From: a virus
IMG/VR virus record: IMGVR_UViG_3300045988_159754
DNA: 14,518 bases
Direction: 5' to 3' (one strand)
The position numbers and the translations under genes are program-made. Every line of letters begins with the position of its first letter. The stretch's first letter is position 1. Of the stretch, positions 13,380-14,518 are shown in pieces. Under the pieces are notes generated by a model. That model was given only the letters and a program-made list of their open reading frames with translations. It ran no database searches and had not been told where the DNA came from.

Positions 13380-13956
13380 TTTTTACCTTACCCCCCTTTG
13401 TGCGAGAATATTTGTCGGGAAAGTCACGGGCAGCTTTTTCTTGCTTTTTAATAAATTTCTCAAACCATTCTTTCACTTTGGAAACTGGTATTTTGCCGGT
13501 TGTTACACTTTCAAAAAGAGTTGCTATTGGCTCAGAGTCAAAATGCATATTTTGCGCAATGGTTCGCATAGTTTCCATAAATGTAACATATGCTAAAAAA
13601 TTCTGTTTTGTTACAAATTCATATCCGTTGGCATTAAGCTTTGCAATCAAGCCCTTACGTTCGCGCTTAAAACGGGCGATTGAAATATCTTCTTTCAAAA
13701 ACCGCTTTGCCTCGGCAAGAGCATATACAAGTTGCCACTTATTCTTAATTTGCGCAACAGGCGGTAACTTGCCATAATGCTTGACTTCTTGGAGATCCGC
13801 AAATTCTGATTTCTCAAGACGCTCTTGACGTTTGCGCACAATAGAGCGGAGCTTACTGTATTCTTTGCGCAGTTCTGCTTCGGTGTGCTTATTGAGATAG
13901 TAAGGGGTATACTCTAGGTCTTGCCACGCGTATTGCGTGGGTTTACGCTTTGCCAT
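13330..13956 (-). CDS. Putative terminal protein (replication primer)
   Basis: ATG-13956 lies 8 nt after AGGAG; the track start at 13983 lacks an SD. The product is 208 aa, basic and helical, starting MAKRKPTQ. It lies immediately upstream of PolB and overlaps it, as gene 3 does relative to gene 2 in phi29. The call is positional, with no motif recognised. Confidence 0.5.
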   Translation of the reverse strand: MAKRKPTQYAWQDLEYTPYYLNKHTEAELRKEYSKLRSIVRKRQERLEKSEFADLQEVKHYGKLPPVAQIKNKWQLVYALAEAKRFLKEDISIARFKRERKGLIAKLNANGYEFVTKQNFLAYVTFMETMRTIAQNMHFDSEPIATLFESVTTGKIPVSKVKEWFEKFIKKQEKAARDFPDKYSRTKGGKVKIESKDLEEWASHLFGD

Positions 13957-14190
13957 AATCAATACTCCTATCTTGCAGCGCAAAAGTCAGTTTCACAATC
14001 TTAGAGTCTTTTGCAAAAATATTCATATCCTCAATGGTTGCATTGCGGTATGACAGGGGCCTGGATCTAAATTCACCAGTCCACAAAGGTAGATCCCCTT
14101 TCGTTGCACTGTACACACTAACCATAATGTCGGGATTCAGGGTGTAGCACATGCGATAAAAATCCAAGGGTGTGATATTGCGTTTTTCAT
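13943..14190 (-). CDS. Small early protein, DFYR family, frame-disrupted as assembled
   Basis: SD GAAAGGGAAG lies 9 nt before ATG-14190, but that frame stops after 17 codons (at 14137). The long ORF (..RNITPLDFYRMCYTLNPDIMVSVYSATKGDLPLWTGEF...) is the -1 frame. Its first canonical in-frame starts are TTG-14167 and ATG-14152. One extra A in the A5 run (14183-14187) would give MKKRNITPLDFYR... Confidence 0.4.
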
Positions 14191-14477
14191 TGCAAATTCT
14201 TCCCTTTCTATGTCGGTATGACGTATAGCGATATGTACCCTTATGGTACAATTATAGTATAGCACAGAGATCCTTGCAGTTACATGGACTATATGCTTAT
14301 GCTATGTACATTTGTATCATTCTTAAAACTAGCAAATGTTACTATGTACACCGGCACGCAATCCCCTGCCCTGCTTTCAGGTGTACATGCACCGCGGACA
14401 TGTGTTCGCAGGACATGTACAAGCAACTGTTCAGAAATCTGTAACGGTGGGAACCGGAATATTACAGAATTCTGTAT
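14183..14477. repeat. Right inverted terminal repeat (14304-14477 perfect; 14183-14303 degenerate)
   Basis: Reverse complement of 42-335, as described for the left ITR. Confidence 0.9.
14251..14264 (-). promoter_or_regulatory. Right-end inward promoter (extended -10)
   Basis: On the minus strand this is the same TGCTATACTATAAT block as at 255-268. It is followed by GAAAGGGAAG and ATG (14190). Confidence 0.6.
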
Positions 14478-14518
14478 CTGTCTCTTATACACATCTCCGA
14501 GCCCACGAGACACTGAGC
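14478..14518. other. Illumina Nextera adapter read-through, technical sequence
   Basis: CTGTCTCTTATACACATCTCCGAGCCCACGAGAC followed by ACTGAGC. This is the classic read-through into the i7-side adapter plus the first 7 nt of the index position. It is the exact reverse complement of 1-41. Confidence 0.95.

Larger units (their letters stand above)
42..14477. mobile_element. Near-complete linear genome of a small phi29-like (protein-primed PolB) podophage
   Basis: ITRs at both ends. The gene set includes PolB with the protein-primed motif set, a terminal-protein-position gene, gp16-like ATPase, gp10-like portal, gp8-like capsid, gp9-like tail knob and p5-like SSB. Packing is very tight, with overlapping start and stop codons. 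Confidence 0.8.

Noticed and set aside
10752-13777. Plus-strand ORFs inside the right arm: 10752-11240, 11430-11984, 12006-12257, 12419-12994, 13090-13596 and 13400-13777.
   Set aside because: They are antisense to the ATPase, SSB-like, PolB and terminal-protein genes, whose motifs fix the coding strand as minus.
42-14477. Search for a lysogeny module, tRNAs, defence or anti-defence systems with known signatures, or recoded stop codons.
   Set aside because: I recognised no integrase, repressor or tRNA-like sequence. All major genes are intact under the standard code. Nothing supports such calls.
1-14518. Tn5 mosaic ends in inverted orientation at both ends, which could suggest a composite transposon or IS-bounded element.
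   Set aside because: The sequence continues into the Illumina-specific parts of the adapter (GTCTCGTGGGCTCGG and index bases). It is therefore library-preparation sequence, not a natural Tn5 end.

Overview
This window is not a chromosomal fragment. It is an essentially complete linear genome, about 14.4 kb, of a very small phi29-like podophage that replicates by protein priming with a family-B DNA polymerase. Illumina Nextera/Tn5 adapter sequence is still attached at both contig ends (1-41 and 14478-14518). Inside the adapters are inverted terminal repeats: 174 bp are perfect (42-215 vs 14304-14477), followed by about 120 bp at roughly 90% identity. Each end therefore carries the same inward-facing extended -10 promoter, Shine-Dalgarno site and ATGAAAAA. 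Two convergent arms meet at a bidirectional terminator (9684-9720). The left arm (+) holds four or five tiny orphan early ORFs, then a near-consensus sigma-A-type promoter and a structured leader or small RNA of about 100 nt. After that come a YvrJ-like membrane peptide, a small orphan, an (Ala-Ala-Pro)x18 protein in the scaffold position, major capsid protein, a terminator, tail knob, M23 peptidase, portal, lower collar and three appendage or fibre proteins. The right arm (-) holds a small ORF, a putative terminal protein, PolB, an internal promoter, a phi29 p5-like SSB, a terminator and a gp16-like packaging ATPase. I saw no integrase, repressor, tRNA or CRISPR array. All protein family calls come from motifs read by eye and from remembered phi29 sequences, so they need HMM or BLAST confirmation. 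The items most worth a second look are: (1) the structured RNA behind the late promoter, which could be a pRNA analogue or an attenuator; (2) the mirrored SD-ATG-AAAAA mini-ORFs at both ends, each out of frame with the real-looking downstream ORF; (3) the TGTACA palindrome array in the ITR; (4) the AAP tandem repeat; (5) a paralogous DFYR small-protein pair, one copy per arm; (6) the unclear lysis system.
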